Origin: a virus
Taxonomy: Duplodnaviria; Caudoviricetes
Direction: 5' to 3' (one strand)
DNA: 42,911 nucleotides
Virus record (IMG/VR): IMGVR_UViG_3300037311_000166
Coordinates: 1-42,911 of that record
Of this stretch, positions 27,415 through 37,070 are shown piece after piece; position 1 is the stretch's first letter, and every line of letters starts with the position of its first letter. The position numbers and the translations under genes were made by a program. The notes beneath the pieces are model-generated. The model was not told where the DNA came from, made no database searches, and saw nothing but the letters and a program-made list of their open reading frames with translations.

Positions 27415-28338
27415 TTAAACCTCCGTTTGCGCTGCTAAAATCCAACCAATATAAAATATCCCATTAACGCTAATAAACTTGAAAAAAGGAACGAGGCTTG
27501 CGCTAATGTCTGGATTAGATACAATTCCAAGTGACTTTAAATGTGTTTTCATTTCGTTTAAAGTTATTTTGTTTTTAAAACCACCAACTTTTATATCTAT
27601 ATATTCACCCTTAATAATTGAAAAGCTACACCTTACAGTAACGCTATAAAAGTGCATAGTCTCATCATAATTATTATCGTATTTTAATCCAGGCGTTCCT
27701 CCGTAAGAAGTATCAAGATGAATAACGCTTAACTTATTTTTATCCGTATTGGGTGTCTCAGAGTTCAGCCCAAAAAAAGAAGACGTAGATTCGCTCCCAA
27801 TTACCTTAGAATAGACGGTGGAATTAGTTCGATCTTCAGCAAAAAATGTCGCTGTCACCATCCCTTGCTCATCGCCAACAAGGTTTACATAGAACTCTGG
27901 AATTACGTCTCGTGCCGCCCATCCTTCTGGACCCTCAGTAATTGTGTCGGACATTGAGCTTGCAAATCCTAAACTCAAATTAAAAACATGCTCAATCATT
28001 GAAAATGCAGAATCAAAAAAAACATTTGTATTTGAACCTGTTTTTAAAAGCTTAATTGACTGCTCAATGTAAGGAGTAAAAGTAAAACTGTTTCCAAGTG
28101 TAGGTGATAATTGAAGGCACGGCCAAACCAAAGCAGGAGAATCAAAAGTATCTACAATTTGATCTCGTAATTGAAGATTGTAAGGTAAAGCTAACCACTT
28201 CTCTTTTCCAACCGGAACCCGAAAATCGTTGAAAATAATCGCCCCTTTTGTTGGGTCTGGAAAGGGGAAGTCTAGAAATGGGGACCTGTCATTCTTGCAG
28301 GTACTTATCCCTTCAGGATGTCTGGTAATTTCGCTCAC
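27415..28338 (-). CDS. Virion protein, paralog of 28432..29118
   Basis: Shared ITRHPEGIST.K.D.SP...FPFPDPTKG..FN.F N-terminus and ILAA near the C-terminus. Confidence 0.7.
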   Translation of the reverse strand: MSEITRHPEGISTCKNDRSPFLDFPFPDPTKGAIIFNDFRVPVGKEKWLALPYNLQLRDQIVDTFDSPALVWPCLQLSPTLGNSFTFTPYIEQSIKLLKTGSNTNVFFDSAFSMIEHVFNLSLGFASSMSDTITEGPEGWAARDVIPEFYVNLVGDEQGMVTATFFAEDRTNSTVYSKVIGSESTSSFFGLNSETPNTDKNKLSVIHLDTSYGGTPGLKYDNNYDETMHFYSVTVRCSFSIIKGEYIDIKVGGFKNKITLNEMKTHLKSLGIVSNPDISASLVPFFKFISVNGIFYIGWILAAQTEV

Positions 28339-28341
28339 AAA

Positions 28342-28426
28342 AAGGGCCCCATTTAAATAAATTAAAACCTAATTTTAGTTAGGTCTTTGCTTAAATAAGC
28401 AAAGCTTTTATTTAAACAAAGCCCTT
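28342..28426 (-). promoter_or_regulatory. Structured intergenic RNA (attenuator/RBS-sequestering three-way junction)
   Basis: 20-bp outer stem with four G-U pairs on the - strand, plus two inner hairpins. Confidence 0.6.
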
Positions 28427-28431
28427 ATTGC

Positions 28432-29118
28432 TTAAACAACAGCGGCTAAGATGTAATCAACCTTCAGCACTTTAGAAGCTCCCTCACCGTTCTGAATCAG
28501 AATGGTAGGGCTCATCACAACTGCTGGAATGTTCGTGGTTGCAGTGGCAACCTTGGCCGCATTGGTATTGTTACCAACGTAGTAATCAACCGAAGAAGTA
28601 CCGTTAACAACAAAAGCGACTTCAATCTCAGTGTCGGCAACAACAGTCGTCAAAGACGAAACGGTTGAAGCGGTAGACGAAGCATTAGTGACGAACGATA
28701 ATCCGGTCGCTCCATCAGCTTTGGTGAAATAAATACCGTCGGTATTGGTTAACGGCGACGTGTCAATCGCTACCAAGCCAATCAACAGGTCGGATTGAGT
28801 CGCATCGGAAACCTTAAACTTTGCAGCGAAAAACAGTTTCTTATTTGCCACCGGCTTAAAGGCAGCAACTTTTTGTTGCAAAGAAACAAAGTTGTCGTCC
28901 GACGAACCGTTGGTGATCGTGAGCCAACCACCTTCTTCGGATACACTCATTACTCCGCTCGAAGCATTTGTTTCTGTCCATTCGGCAGAAATGTAACTGG
29001 TAAAGTGGTTAAAATAAACCGGCCCCTTTGTCGGATCGGGGAACGGAAAATTAACAAGCGGCGAGGAATCAAGCTTCGCCGTAGAAATTCCTTCAGGATG
29101 TCGTGTAATTTTTCCCAT
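28432..29118 (-). CDS. Capsid decoration/accessory virion protein
   Basis: Directly after the major capsid gene; beta-rich; AAGGA RBS. Confidence 0.6.
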   Translation of the reverse strand: MGKITRHPEGISTAKLDSSPLVNFPFPDPTKGPVYFNHFTSYISAEWTETNASSGVMSVSEEGGWLTITNGSSDDNFVSLQQKVAAFKPVANKKLFFAAKFKVSDATQSDLLIGLVAIDTSPLTNTDGIYFTKADGATGLSFVTNASSTASTVSSLTTVVADTEIEVAFVVNGTSSVDYYVGNNTNAAKVATATTNIPAVVMSPTILIQNGEGASKVLKVDYILAAVV

Positions 29119-29132
29119 ATAAAATTCCTTTA

Positions 29133-30053
29133 TTAAACGCCTTCGTTACCAACGATTCCGCGAGCCTGACCTACGCCTTGACCAAATCGGATGGAAGCCG
29201 TGTATTCCCACGATTGATTACGCTTATGATACTCGCCTTCAATCAAGAGATCTTCTTTTTTAACAAACTGAATGCCGTGGTGCATCGTGTCGGCCATCAT
29301 GAAAAACGAAGTCGAATTTCCAAGATAAGGCCAGTAACCATTCGGCAGAAGCTGAATGATATTGTAAACAGAGTTTACAGCATTGTTTGCGTTTTCAGGG
29401 TTGTACATGGACTTAACAATTTCATGCGCCTTGTCCTGAAGTTCTTGGCCGCAAACAAATAATTTTGGCATCATGTTGACTAATTGACCGTCTTCATTCG
29501 GGGTGTCTTGAAGAACATCGCGAGTATCACGGAAAGAGGTAATGTCAAGATCGGCAGCCGAAGACAGGTTACTCCAGGTCAATCCGTTACCATTTTCAAG
29601 AGGGTGGCTTGCAGAGCAAAGAGCCACGCCGTCATAGCCCGTGGTAGAAAACGCTTCCAAGAAAATTTGAGCAAGCTTTTTCTCTTGAATCTCAAAAGCG
29701 CCTTTTGCAAACGATTCCATCGCATATTTCAAAAGATTTTGCTTGGTATCAGTTATGAATTCCTTGGGAACAATAACCGAATTGGTGTACTTCTTGGCGA
29801 CAATTGTGTTGTCAAAACCAGGGCGAATGTAGCCAACCTTAGCGTCTTGCCCAGCCAAAGTCTCACCGAAATCGCCAACCCCAGAAATAGTGGTCGTCTG
29901 AACGATGTCGGAATTTCCAAAGCTCCCAATGTTGGCCAAGAGAGGAATCATACTAGGGTACGATTCAGCTTTTGTTTTGTAGACAGCCTTGAGTTCTGGC
30001 AGTTTATCTTCAGTAAATAGGTCTAAAAAATCATTTGGCATTGTCATCGACAT
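29133..30053 (-). CDS. Major capsid protein (Mu gpT-like, HK97 fold)
   Basis: 306 aa; GYDGVALCSASHP, MPKLFVC..LQDKA..I..S; follows the scaffold genes. Confidence 0.82.
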   Translation of the reverse strand: MSMTMPNDFLDLFTEDKLPELKAVYKTKAESYPSMIPLLANIGSFGNSDIVQTTTISGVGDFGETLAGQDAKVGYIRPGFDNTIVAKKYTNSVIVPKEFITDTKQNLLKYAMESFAKGAFEIQEKKLAQIFLEAFSTTGYDGVALCSASHPLENGNGLTWSNLSSAADLDITSFRDTRDVLQDTPNEDGQLVNMMPKLFVCGQELQDKAHEIVKSMYNPENANNAVNSVYNIIQLLPNGYWPYLGNSTSFFMMADTMHHGIQFVKKEDLLIEGEYHKRNQSWEYTASIRFGQGVGQARGIVGNEGV

Positions 30054-30068
30054 AGTAAATCCCTTTCC

Positions 30069-30599
30069 TTATCCGTTGACACCGGCTCCGTAGAGCGATT
30101 GATTAATTTTACAAATAACTTTAGCGTGAGAGCCCAAAGCATTTTCGGTTCCATCCTGGTTAAAATAACCATCAAGCAATCGAATTAATTTAACGGGCAA
30201 GGTTGCAGTTGCCGCCTGAGTCGAAGCGTCAATCTTCATTGCCGAATTTCCTGTCACAGTACTTCCGGTACCAACAACAAAATCATAGTTCAGATCGAAA
30301 TCCGTGAAAGCATCAACCGTTGCGTCATCAACGACGCAAACAAATTCTTGCAAAGGGGAAGCGACGCAAACAGGAATCTTCAAGTCCCAAAGGTTCCCTT
30401 TGTTTGCCGGAATGTAAGCAAGAGAAACGCCTATGATCGTTGTGGAAGTGGCAGTTGCCTGCTCGGCCAAACCAGAGCTATTTCTTTGCACAAGATCGTG
30501 CCGAAAAATAGCAGAGTTACTGGCGGAAATTGGCCATGGAATTTGAGAATGAACTTTGTTATATGGTTGAAAACCAAAGGCGACTATGTCGTTTGTCAT
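30069..30599 (-). CDS. Capsid cement/minor head protein
   Basis: AFGFQP...IFRHDLV...IIGV; upstream of the major capsid gene. Confidence 0.6.
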   Translation of the reverse strand: MTNDIVAFGFQPYNKVHSQIPWPISASNSAIFRHDLVQRNSSGLAEQATATSTTIIGVSLAYIPANKGNLWDLKIPVCVASPLQEFVCVVDDATVDAFTDFDLNYDFVVGTGSTVTGNSAMKIDASTQAATATLPVKLIRLLDGYFNQDGTENALGSHAKVICKINQSLYGAGVNG

Positions 30600-30608
30600 T
30601 TAAAACTC

Positions 30609-31160
30609 CTATGCTGAACCTCCGCCACCAAAGGTGACATCGGCTGCGTTAATTAGTTCCTCCGATCCTTCCTCGATCGAAGCTGTTTTTCCCATCCCCG
30701 CTGGCATAGAAGCTTTGTAGGCTGAAGTGAGAGAATCAAGGCTGGTGCTTGACGCAGCAAGACTTCTTAATCTTCGAATTTCATAATCCTCACGTGGAAT
30801 CCATGCGAGGACCATGTTTTCGCGAATGATATAATCTTTCGAATTTATGTTTGTGTCAAGATAATTTTTTGAAGAAAGATTTTTATTCCCTTTGATTCTG
30901 TCTTCAAGGTCCGAATAGGGCTGATATCCATAAGGATGGCTGCCATTATTGTTTTGCCATTCCTTAAGATTTATCCATCGAAAAACCTTATCAGGATTCT
31001 CTTGCTGTATCCTGGGATCAAACGTCAATTTGCGATAGTTTCCCATCAGACTCGTTGCCGCTTTTTTCAGCGTGTGCTGAGAAACGCGACGCCCATCAAT
31101 GATAATTTCTTTAGCCGCTCCTCGCGAGCCGCTTATTAAGCCTGTGCTTTTTCTTTTCAT
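30609..31160 (-). CDS. Conserved head-module hypothetical protein
   Basis: FRWIN...GYQP...MVLAWIP motif typical of this gene position. Confidence 0.6.
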   Translation of the reverse strand: MKRKSTGLISGSRGAAKEIIIDGRRVSQHTLKKAATSLMGNYRKLTFDPRIQQENPDKVFRWINLKEWQNNNGSHPYGYQPYSDLEDRIKGNKNLSSKNYLDTNINSKDYIIRENMVLAWIPREDYEIRRLRSLAASSTSLDSLTSAYKASMPAGMGKTASIEEGSEELINAADVTFGGGGSA

Positions 31161-31175
31161 AATAGCTCCCTTTTT

Positions 31176-31934
31176 CTATCTTTGCCGTTGCATTAAATCC
31201 AAATTCTCTTTAACCTTCTTCGGATCAACCCCAAGAAATTCGGCCAACCTTGTTCTCTGAATCTCTTCAGCCTTACTCGCCCTTTGGTTTTCCGGTGAAT
31301 AAGAAATGGAATTGGTGAGCCTTGGATTGGATGATAAGTTCCTTGCCGAGATTCCAAGGTTTGACGCAGCTATCTTTGCCGACTTCAAGACGGCTGCAGG
31401 ATCAACGCTGTCATCGCCAAAGGTTTCTTTATAAACCTTGACGGCCTCATTATAAAACTCGCTATTCTTATCCATAAGATCCGGATAAAGCTGTTGCGCA
31501 ACCCGAAAGTTCTCAGCCCTCTTGTTGTTTAGTTCGGTCATCGTAAGAACGTCTTTGGTGATGTTCTCAGATAAACTGGCTTTTACTTCGTTCATCCATT
31601 GAGACTTCAGTTCTTCAATGTCTGATTTTGTAACAACCTTGCCGAGCAACTTCTTTTCCGCGTAAGAAGCAGACGAATTCAAAAGAGCTTTTGCTCCATC
31701 GGTCGAAATATCAATCTTGTCGGTCAATGCCAAAATGTCATCACCAAAATCCGATTGATCTTGAGTCGCCGATTGACGATTGCCATTTGATACCTTTGAC
31801 TCGATCAATGAAGAAAACTTACTTGTTAAGCTTTCCATTGCTGATTCAATCATCTGCTTGTTTGCCGAAAGAATGTCATTCTTAAGGGCTTGCGGATCAA
31901 ATCCGCCGTTCCCGCCGCCTTGATCTTCGCTCAT
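31176..31934 (-). CDS. Scaffolding protein
   Basis: Helical, YPDL motif, C-terminal LAEFLGVDPKKV; lies between portal and capsid genes. Confidence 0.6.
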   Translation of the reverse strand: MSEDQGGGNGGFDPQALKNDILSANKQMIESAMESLTSKFSSLIESKVSNGNRQSATQDQSDFGDDILALTDKIDISTDGAKALLNSSASYAEKKLLGKVVTKSDIEELKSQWMNEVKASLSENITKDVLTMTELNNKRAENFRVAQQLYPDLMDKNSEFYNEAVKVYKETFGDDSVDPAAVLKSAKIAASNLGISARNLSSNPRLTNSISYSPENQRASKAEEIQRTRLAEFLGVDPKKVKENLDLMQRQR

Positions 31935-32035
31935 TTTTTACCACCTTTCTTTCCTTTGCCGCTTGAAACCGGACGAAGCCGATCTTTCTTTGGATTGCCT
32001 TTGCAGGACTTATCGCCCTTTGATTTCATTTTCAT
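31931..32035 (-). CDS. 34-aa Lys/Gly-rich basic peptide not in the ORF track
   Basis: MKMKSKGDKSCKGNPKKDRLRPVSSGKGKKGGKK; ATGA overlaps on both sides; GGAGG RBS. Confidence 0.65.
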   Translation of the reverse strand: MKMKSKGDKSCKGNPKKDRLRPVSSGKGKKGGKK

Positions 32036-32373
32036 TTGTCCTCCGTTGAGTATTGTAACCACAATGAGTCCATGAATCTCTTTAGCTCCATCAACCCTCT
32101 GTGATATCCATTGTTAAAAGCCATTCTTTCTGCGTAACTCATCCCGTCAGTACCAGAAAGCTTTTGAAAAGGATTTGAAAGGAAGCTGCTTTTAAGCATA
32201 GAGTCCACCTTAAGAAACTCTTTGAAAGCCGGATCAGCCATAAGGCCAATAGTGCTTTCAGCAATGTGGAGCTGCTCTGCAGTCAGCTTTTTCTTTTCTT
32301 CCAATCCGTCCTTTTCCTTAGCGTTTCTTTTAAATCGTTCCTTTGCTTCAGCTACCTTTTGCTCCCAGTTCAT
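32032..32373 (-). CDS. Portal-adjacent hypothetical protein
   Basis: ATGA-coupled to the portal gene. Confidence 0.7.
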   Translation of the reverse strand: MNWEQKVAEAKERFKRNAKEKDGLEEKKKLTAEQLHIAESTIGLMADPAFKEFLKVDSMLKSSFLSNPFQKLSGTDGMSYAERMAFNNGYHRGLMELKRFMDSLWLQYSTEDK

Positions 32374-34691
32374 ACTTCACCCTCTCCTTCCATCATGTCG
32401 TCCCCTCCAGCCTGAACCTCTCCAGCCCTAGTTCGCTCCGCTGCTAAACCAGCGGTTGGGGAATTTTGAAGCCCAAGAGAATTCTGTTGGGCTGATTGTT
32501 TTTTGATTGCAATGGCCATTTTTTCGTGCCTTCGATAAAGATCGTTCAGCAATTCCAATGAATTTGGATGAATCTGCTGACCAAACGCAGTGGTTTCCCC
32601 AGCGTTTATCTGATCGACAATTTTAGAAATGGCTTCCATTTTGCTTTCGTGATCGTCATTGAGAACAACTTCAACTGGTATGCCTTGAATGGTCATGAAT
32701 AATTCAGAGGCTACATCGACAGCTACCTTGGCAGGCGCTGACTGGAAGCGTTCAGGCATTGGAATGTTCAAGATACCAGCTAGCGCCAATGCTTGTTGGT
32801 AAAGGTTTTCCGGTCGGTTCACTCCAGTCATCATCATTGCCTGAGTGTTCAAGAACTGGAAATAAGACATCATTGCTTTGTACATCTGATCCTTGTTTAG
32901 CGTGGATGCTGTGGCGTACATTCCAATGTTGATCCGCTTTATGATGTCAGATTTTTTGATCTCAGCTCTTATGATATTCCCTTCTGCATCAAATACCGGA
33001 CTTCCAGAAAGACCAGTGACAGTTATACGCAAAGACTCTGGCATTCTCTCATAGGTATCCAAATACAAACCTTCAAATGCCGGACCGAGACAGGCGTTTA
33101 ACCTTTTATAAATGGGATTGTGCAGCATGTCGCGCATCTGTGTCATTCGATCAACGCCAGAGGTAGACCGAAGCGGGCCCACATTGTCACCGACTTGCCC
33201 GAATGTATTTGGCCCTATCCCAGTTTGCTCTTCAGTTTGCTGAAGAATCAATGAAATAAAAGAATTGGCCCAGCCAGTGTTGTTTGAAAACTTAAACTCT
33301 CTCACATCTGACGTGTCTTCAAGACCTGTGAAAACTCCAGGCTCAATGACAATCTCTTCAGGATCCATCGTTCCGGTCTTTCGGTAAAACCCGCCAGGGG
33401 TTGACGTGAGGATTCCGTTATTGACAGTTGCATTGACAAGCATGTCCGTCATTTTCGACATTGAATTTAATGACTCTACAATGCCCCGACCCATCGTTCT
33501 GTTTGGACGCTTATACAAATGGCACATGTGCAATGGAATTCTTCGGTTCGCTGATATGCGATCAAGATATGTCCACCTCGGGACCTCCCACGTCGCCGTC
33601 TCTACATAATACTGAAGCCTTGAAGGGTGCTGTGTGTTTTTTCCATCAGGAGATGTCTTGTCGTAACAAACTAAGAACTCGTAATACTTTGATGTCTCAT
33701 TAACCGTTGTGTTCAATCCTGAAGCTTTGTCGGCATAATTCCTTAATGTACTCGTCCTTGCCCCATGCATCGTTTGAGCCTGGGAACGCGTTCCGCCTTC
33801 CAAAATCCGCTCCGCTGACTCAGGATCAAAAAATCCAGAATCGGCCATGGCTATAACCTGAGAGGCCGTCAAATACTCAACCTTTTGAACGCACTCATGC
33901 TCATCCAATGACATTTCATCCCAACATTCACCCTTGAAAAGAACGTTTTCTGGCTTCAAAGACTTGAGCATTGGACCATCAAAAACCTTACGAATACGAA
34001 GAACTTCTTCATACGGAAGTTTCCTTAACTGATCGTGCAGGTCTTTAATTTCTTTTGATGTCAAATCATCCTCGGTAGCGTCAAGAATACTGGTGATATT
34101 CATGTACTCTTCAGACGGGACTACCTCTGTAACTTCTTCGTACTGTGTCTCCCACGAACGCTCAAGGATGCCTGTGCCTATTGTAGTCAAGTTCAAGGCA
34201 AAAGAATCAATGGCGTTGAAAATGCCCTGATATCTGTTGCAGTACTTGCCCAAGACGTACTTCATGAAGTTCTCTGTCTCTTTAAGCCTGTGCTCATCAA
34301 AGTCTTCCTGAGGCGCAATGTAGAGCGGAGGATCAGTGAAAAATATAGAAGCGATAATCAATGCGTGCATTGCATTGACTTGCTTCTCGATAAGCGGAAT
34401 GTGAAAATTTGACGATCCGTTAAAGAGTCCTTTGGAAATTGGAGAAATGTAATCGTCCCAACCTAAATACCATTCCTGATACATCTCAAGCCATTCAATC
34501 CTTTGACTCGAAAAAATCTCAAAAAATCCCATGGCCCTGTTTGCAAGATATTTTAAATCAGCTTTCTGCCTGGGAATACGAAGAACAGGATCGACTGGAC
34601 GATAAATAGAATTCTTCTTCGGTATCAAAATGCTCTTGTCGTCAGCCGTTTGACTCAAAACAGATTCGGCATGCTCTCTTTTTTTTCTCAT
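32370..34691 (-). CDS. Portal protein
   Basis: 773 aa, after TerL; TIGTGI, GRGIVE, EEQTGI and DDHE motifs. Confidence 0.85.
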   Translation of the reverse strand: MRKKREHAESVLSQTADDKSILIPKKNSIYRPVDPVLRIPRQKADLKYLANRAMGFFEIFSSQRIEWLEMYQEWYLGWDDYISPISKGLFNGSSNFHIPLIEKQVNAMHALIIASIFFTDPPLYIAPQEDFDEHRLKETENFMKYVLGKYCNRYQGIFNAIDSFALNLTTIGTGILERSWETQYEEVTEVVPSEEYMNITSILDATEDDLTSKEIKDLHDQLRKLPYEEVLRIRKVFDGPMLKSLKPENVLFKGECWDEMSLDEHECVQKVEYLTASQVIAMADSGFFDPESAERILEGGTRSQAQTMHGARTSTLRNYADKASGLNTTVNETSKYYEFLVCYDKTSPDGKNTQHPSRLQYYVETATWEVPRWTYLDRISANRRIPLHMCHLYKRPNRTMGRGIVESLNSMSKMTDMLVNATVNNGILTSTPGGFYRKTGTMDPEEIVIEPGVFTGLEDTSDVREFKFSNNTGWANSFISLILQQTEEQTGIGPNTFGQVGDNVGPLRSTSGVDRMTQMRDMLHNPIYKRLNACLGPAFEGLYLDTYERMPESLRITVTGLSGSPVFDAEGNIIRAEIKKSDIIKRINIGMYATASTLNKDQMYKAMMSYFQFLNTQAMMMTGVNRPENLYQQALALAGILNIPMPERFQSAPAKVAVDVASELFMTIQGIPVEVVLNDDHESKMEAISKIVDQINAGETTAFGQQIHPNSLELLNDLYRRHEKMAIAIKKQSAQQNSLGLQNSPTAGLAAERTRAGEVQAGGDDMMEGEGEV

Positions 34692-34693
34692 CG

Positions 34694-36301
34694 CTAAAAT
34701 CTCCTCTTCTCTTTGGCGAGCCTTACCCTGTCCGCATAAGATAAAAATCCGCCAGCTCTAACTTTCATTCCACGACCTTCCGGCTTTCTGGCCTTCAATC
34801 TCTCGGAAGGCGATAAAATCTTGTAGGCATCAACATTCTTTCTTGACTGCTGAACCCCTACCAACGCAACCGGAACATCAGGGGCTACGCCCTCAATGTA
34901 CCTGTCACAATCTATGCCATCATCCCACTTCTGGATCGGCTTTATGGCATCGCCAGACTTATCCTTCGGCCACGCATATCTCAACAACTCTTTGCGATAA
35001 CGTGAAACTTTATCCTTGAAAACATACTGCCTGGGCAACCCTGTCGCTTCGTTAACCCGATAAAGCTCATTTAACCGATCAATCCCTGGCATCAACCAAT
35101 CCTTCTTCGATGCGTTGAAGGGCAAGACATCGCCCCAATCATTCTCCGACAAAATCTTTATCATCTTTGACCTGAGATTCTCCCTTAGGTTGGCGTCAAG
35201 CTGGTTTAACGACGTGTCATTGACTGAACGTACCAAGGTTGCGCCATCTGCTATCAGCTTGTTCCGCATCTCAATTATCTCGTATGTGAATTCAGCTATG
35301 CCCTTCGGGCACCATAACTCACCGACAACAAACCTTTCCCCGTCGTTGATCCTGATCGCCTTCCATATCGCCACGTGGGGCTTGTTGGAATGAGGATCCA
35401 ACCCCTCATAAAGAAAGAACTCGCTGGTCAACGGAAAAGAATCAATGTCGGAAACCTTCGGCTTGTATTCATTGATAACCCTATCCCTTAACCTGCTCGG
35501 ATCCCCATGAATACGCGCATCACGCTCAGCGTCCGTCAACTCTTGCTCGTAAATCTCAATGTTCTTTTTTGGAAGCGTCTTGTTCTCATACGAAGAACCC
35601 TTGATCACCTTCACGTACGGCTTTCTTCCCTCCTCTGCCGGCTCAATCAAATCATCCAAAATCCACATCTGATCGTCGCTATCCTCAACGATCGTCGCCG
35701 CCATCGCTATTACCCCACCTCGATCAATGATCCCCCGAAAGTTGGCGACGTACACTTCTCGCTTCGGAGGCTCATCAAAAAGAGCGTAATCCAAATCCAT
35801 CGACTCAGACGCCTTCAGTTGCTGATTGTACGTGAGGATAAAGGTCTTCGACCCACACGCCCAGTTGATTGCCGTTATCTTCCCCTGATCCCTCGTAAAA
35901 GGATCCTTCGCATGCAACGCTGACTTTGGAACCCACTCTTCGATCTTCCGAAGCAAAGTGTGCTCGAAAACCTCATACGTATTACAATACAACCTGCCAA
36001 AATTTGGCACCTGCGTCCGTCGCTCAGGATGCGTTCCTGTCGCTAACCAATACAAATTTATCATCATGCAGGTCGTCTTCCCAAAACGATTGGCCGCCGA
36101 CAACAAGACAACCGTATGCGTTCCTATCGCCTTCTGAAAAGCTACCTGGCCAGGCGAAATGTTGGCCAAATAATGATCTACCTTGCCATCATCCGCTGCC
36201 TTCAAGGCCTTGGAAAGTAACTCCATGAACTCACGAAGCTCACGGTCACTCATCTTATCCAAAACCTGATTGGCCATCGGATCAGTCATCATCTTCCCCA
36301 T
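34694..36301 (-). CDS. terL: Terminase large subunit
   Basis: Walker A AANRFGKT, Walker B ALFDEPP, nuclease motifs GLDPH and DDGIDCDRY. Confidence 0.92.
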   Translation of the reverse strand: MGKMMTDPMANQVLDKMSDRELREFMELLSKALKAADDGKVDHYLANISPGQVAFQKAIGTHTVVLLSAANRFGKTTCMMINLYWLATGTHPERRTQVPNFGRLYCNTYEVFEHTLLRKIEEWVPKSALHAKDPFTRDQGKITAINWACGSKTFILTYNQQLKASESMDLDYALFDEPPKREVYVANFRGIIDRGGVIAMAATIVEDSDDQMWILDDLIEPAEEGRKPYVKVIKGSSYENKTLPKKNIEIYEQELTDAERDARIHGDPSRLRDRVINEYKPKVSDIDSFPLTSEFFLYEGLDPHSNKPHVAIWKAIRINDGERFVVGELWCPKGIAEFTYEIIEMRNKLIADGATLVRSVNDTSLNQLDANLRENLRSKMIKILSENDWGDVLPFNASKKDWLMPGIDRLNELYRVNEATGLPRQYVFKDKVSRYRKELLRYAWPKDKSGDAIKPIQKWDDGIDCDRYIEGVAPDVPVALVGVQQSRKNVDAYKILSPSERLKARKPEGRGMKVRAGGFLSYADRVRLAKEKRRF

Positions 36302-36803
36302 TCACAACTTCAGCTTCCATGACTGCCATCTCTTTACCCTTAATCGTTGACAAAGACTTGACGCCCTCAATCAATTTCATGGCGTTCGGATCCTTTGCGT
36401 ACAACTCCTTCATCATTGACCCGATCATCGCGTACATCTGTGACCGATCACTGACATCATCAAACTGAGTCCGAATCTCCTTGCGATCAATCGCTCCATA
36501 CCCAGCCTGGCCCGCAAGAAACTGCAATGCCTTTAACTTCGTGCTGTCTCCCTTGGCTCCGCCCTCGAAGGCAATCTTTGCAATCCCTAGCTGAACCTCA
36601 GGCATTATATTCTCTATCATCCCGTCCGTATCCCGACCCTCCAAAGACTTCTTTATCGCCTTCTTCCACTCAATCGGCGCCCCATCCCCATCATCAAGGG
36701 CTTCGCCCTTTACTAAACTGCTTAACTTGCCAATCTCCTCTTTGGCCTCAGTCCACTCCTTCTCATGCTTCTCCGTTATCTTGAACTTCTTTCTCCAGCT
36801 CAT
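36282..36803 (-). CDS. terS: Terminase small subunit (putative)
   Basis: Immediately upstream of TerL; KLKALQFL helix. Confidence 0.6.
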   Translation of the reverse strand: MSWRKKFKITEKHEKEWTEAKEEIGKLSSLVKGEALDDGDGAPIEWKKAIKKSLEGRDTDGMIENIMPEVQLGIAKIAFEGGAKGDSTKLKALQFLAGQAGYGAIDRKEIRTQFDDVSDRSQMYAMIGSMMKELYAKDPNAMKLIEGVKSLSTIKGKEMAVMEAEVVNGEDDD

Positions 36804-36811
36804 TCTTTTAC

Positions 36812-36839
36812 CTTATACGTTTAGATAAATTTTTGTCAA
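36812..36839 (-). promoter_or_regulatory. Sigma70-like promoter of the packaging/structural arm
   Basis: TTGACA-16nt-TATAAG ending 8 nt before the terS ATG. Confidence 0.5.
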
Positions 36840-36920
36840 TCAGTTGGTGAAGGATAACTCGTTGAAATTCAAGGGAGGCTTTAAAAAATGTTGACAAGTC
36901 GCTTGTCTGTCAGACTAGGA

Positions 36921-36936
36921 TGTTCCACGTGAAGAG
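36921..36936. promoter_or_regulatory. parS-like site
   Basis: TGTTCCACGTGAAGAG versus consensus TGTTNCACGTGAAACA (first 13 positions match). Confidence 0.4.
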
Positions 36937-37050
36937 GGGTGTGGGAGGCCCATCCAAAATTTTCGAGTCCGATCCAAGCGAGGTGGCACCTTTCGAGTTC
37001 CGCCAAGTCTTGCTAGGGCTTTTCGCGCACTTACAAGTTTTATAAAATTT

Positions 37051-37066
37051 TGGCATGGTTTTTGCT
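37051..37066 (+). promoter_or_regulatory. Sigma54 -24/-12 motif
   Basis: TGGCATGGTTTTTGCT. Confidence 0.7.
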
Positions 37067-37070
37067 ATTA

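Noticed and set aside
13079-36784. Numerous + strand ORFs antisense to structural genes
   Set aside because: Shadow ORFs of the long - strand genes, with no recognisable motifs
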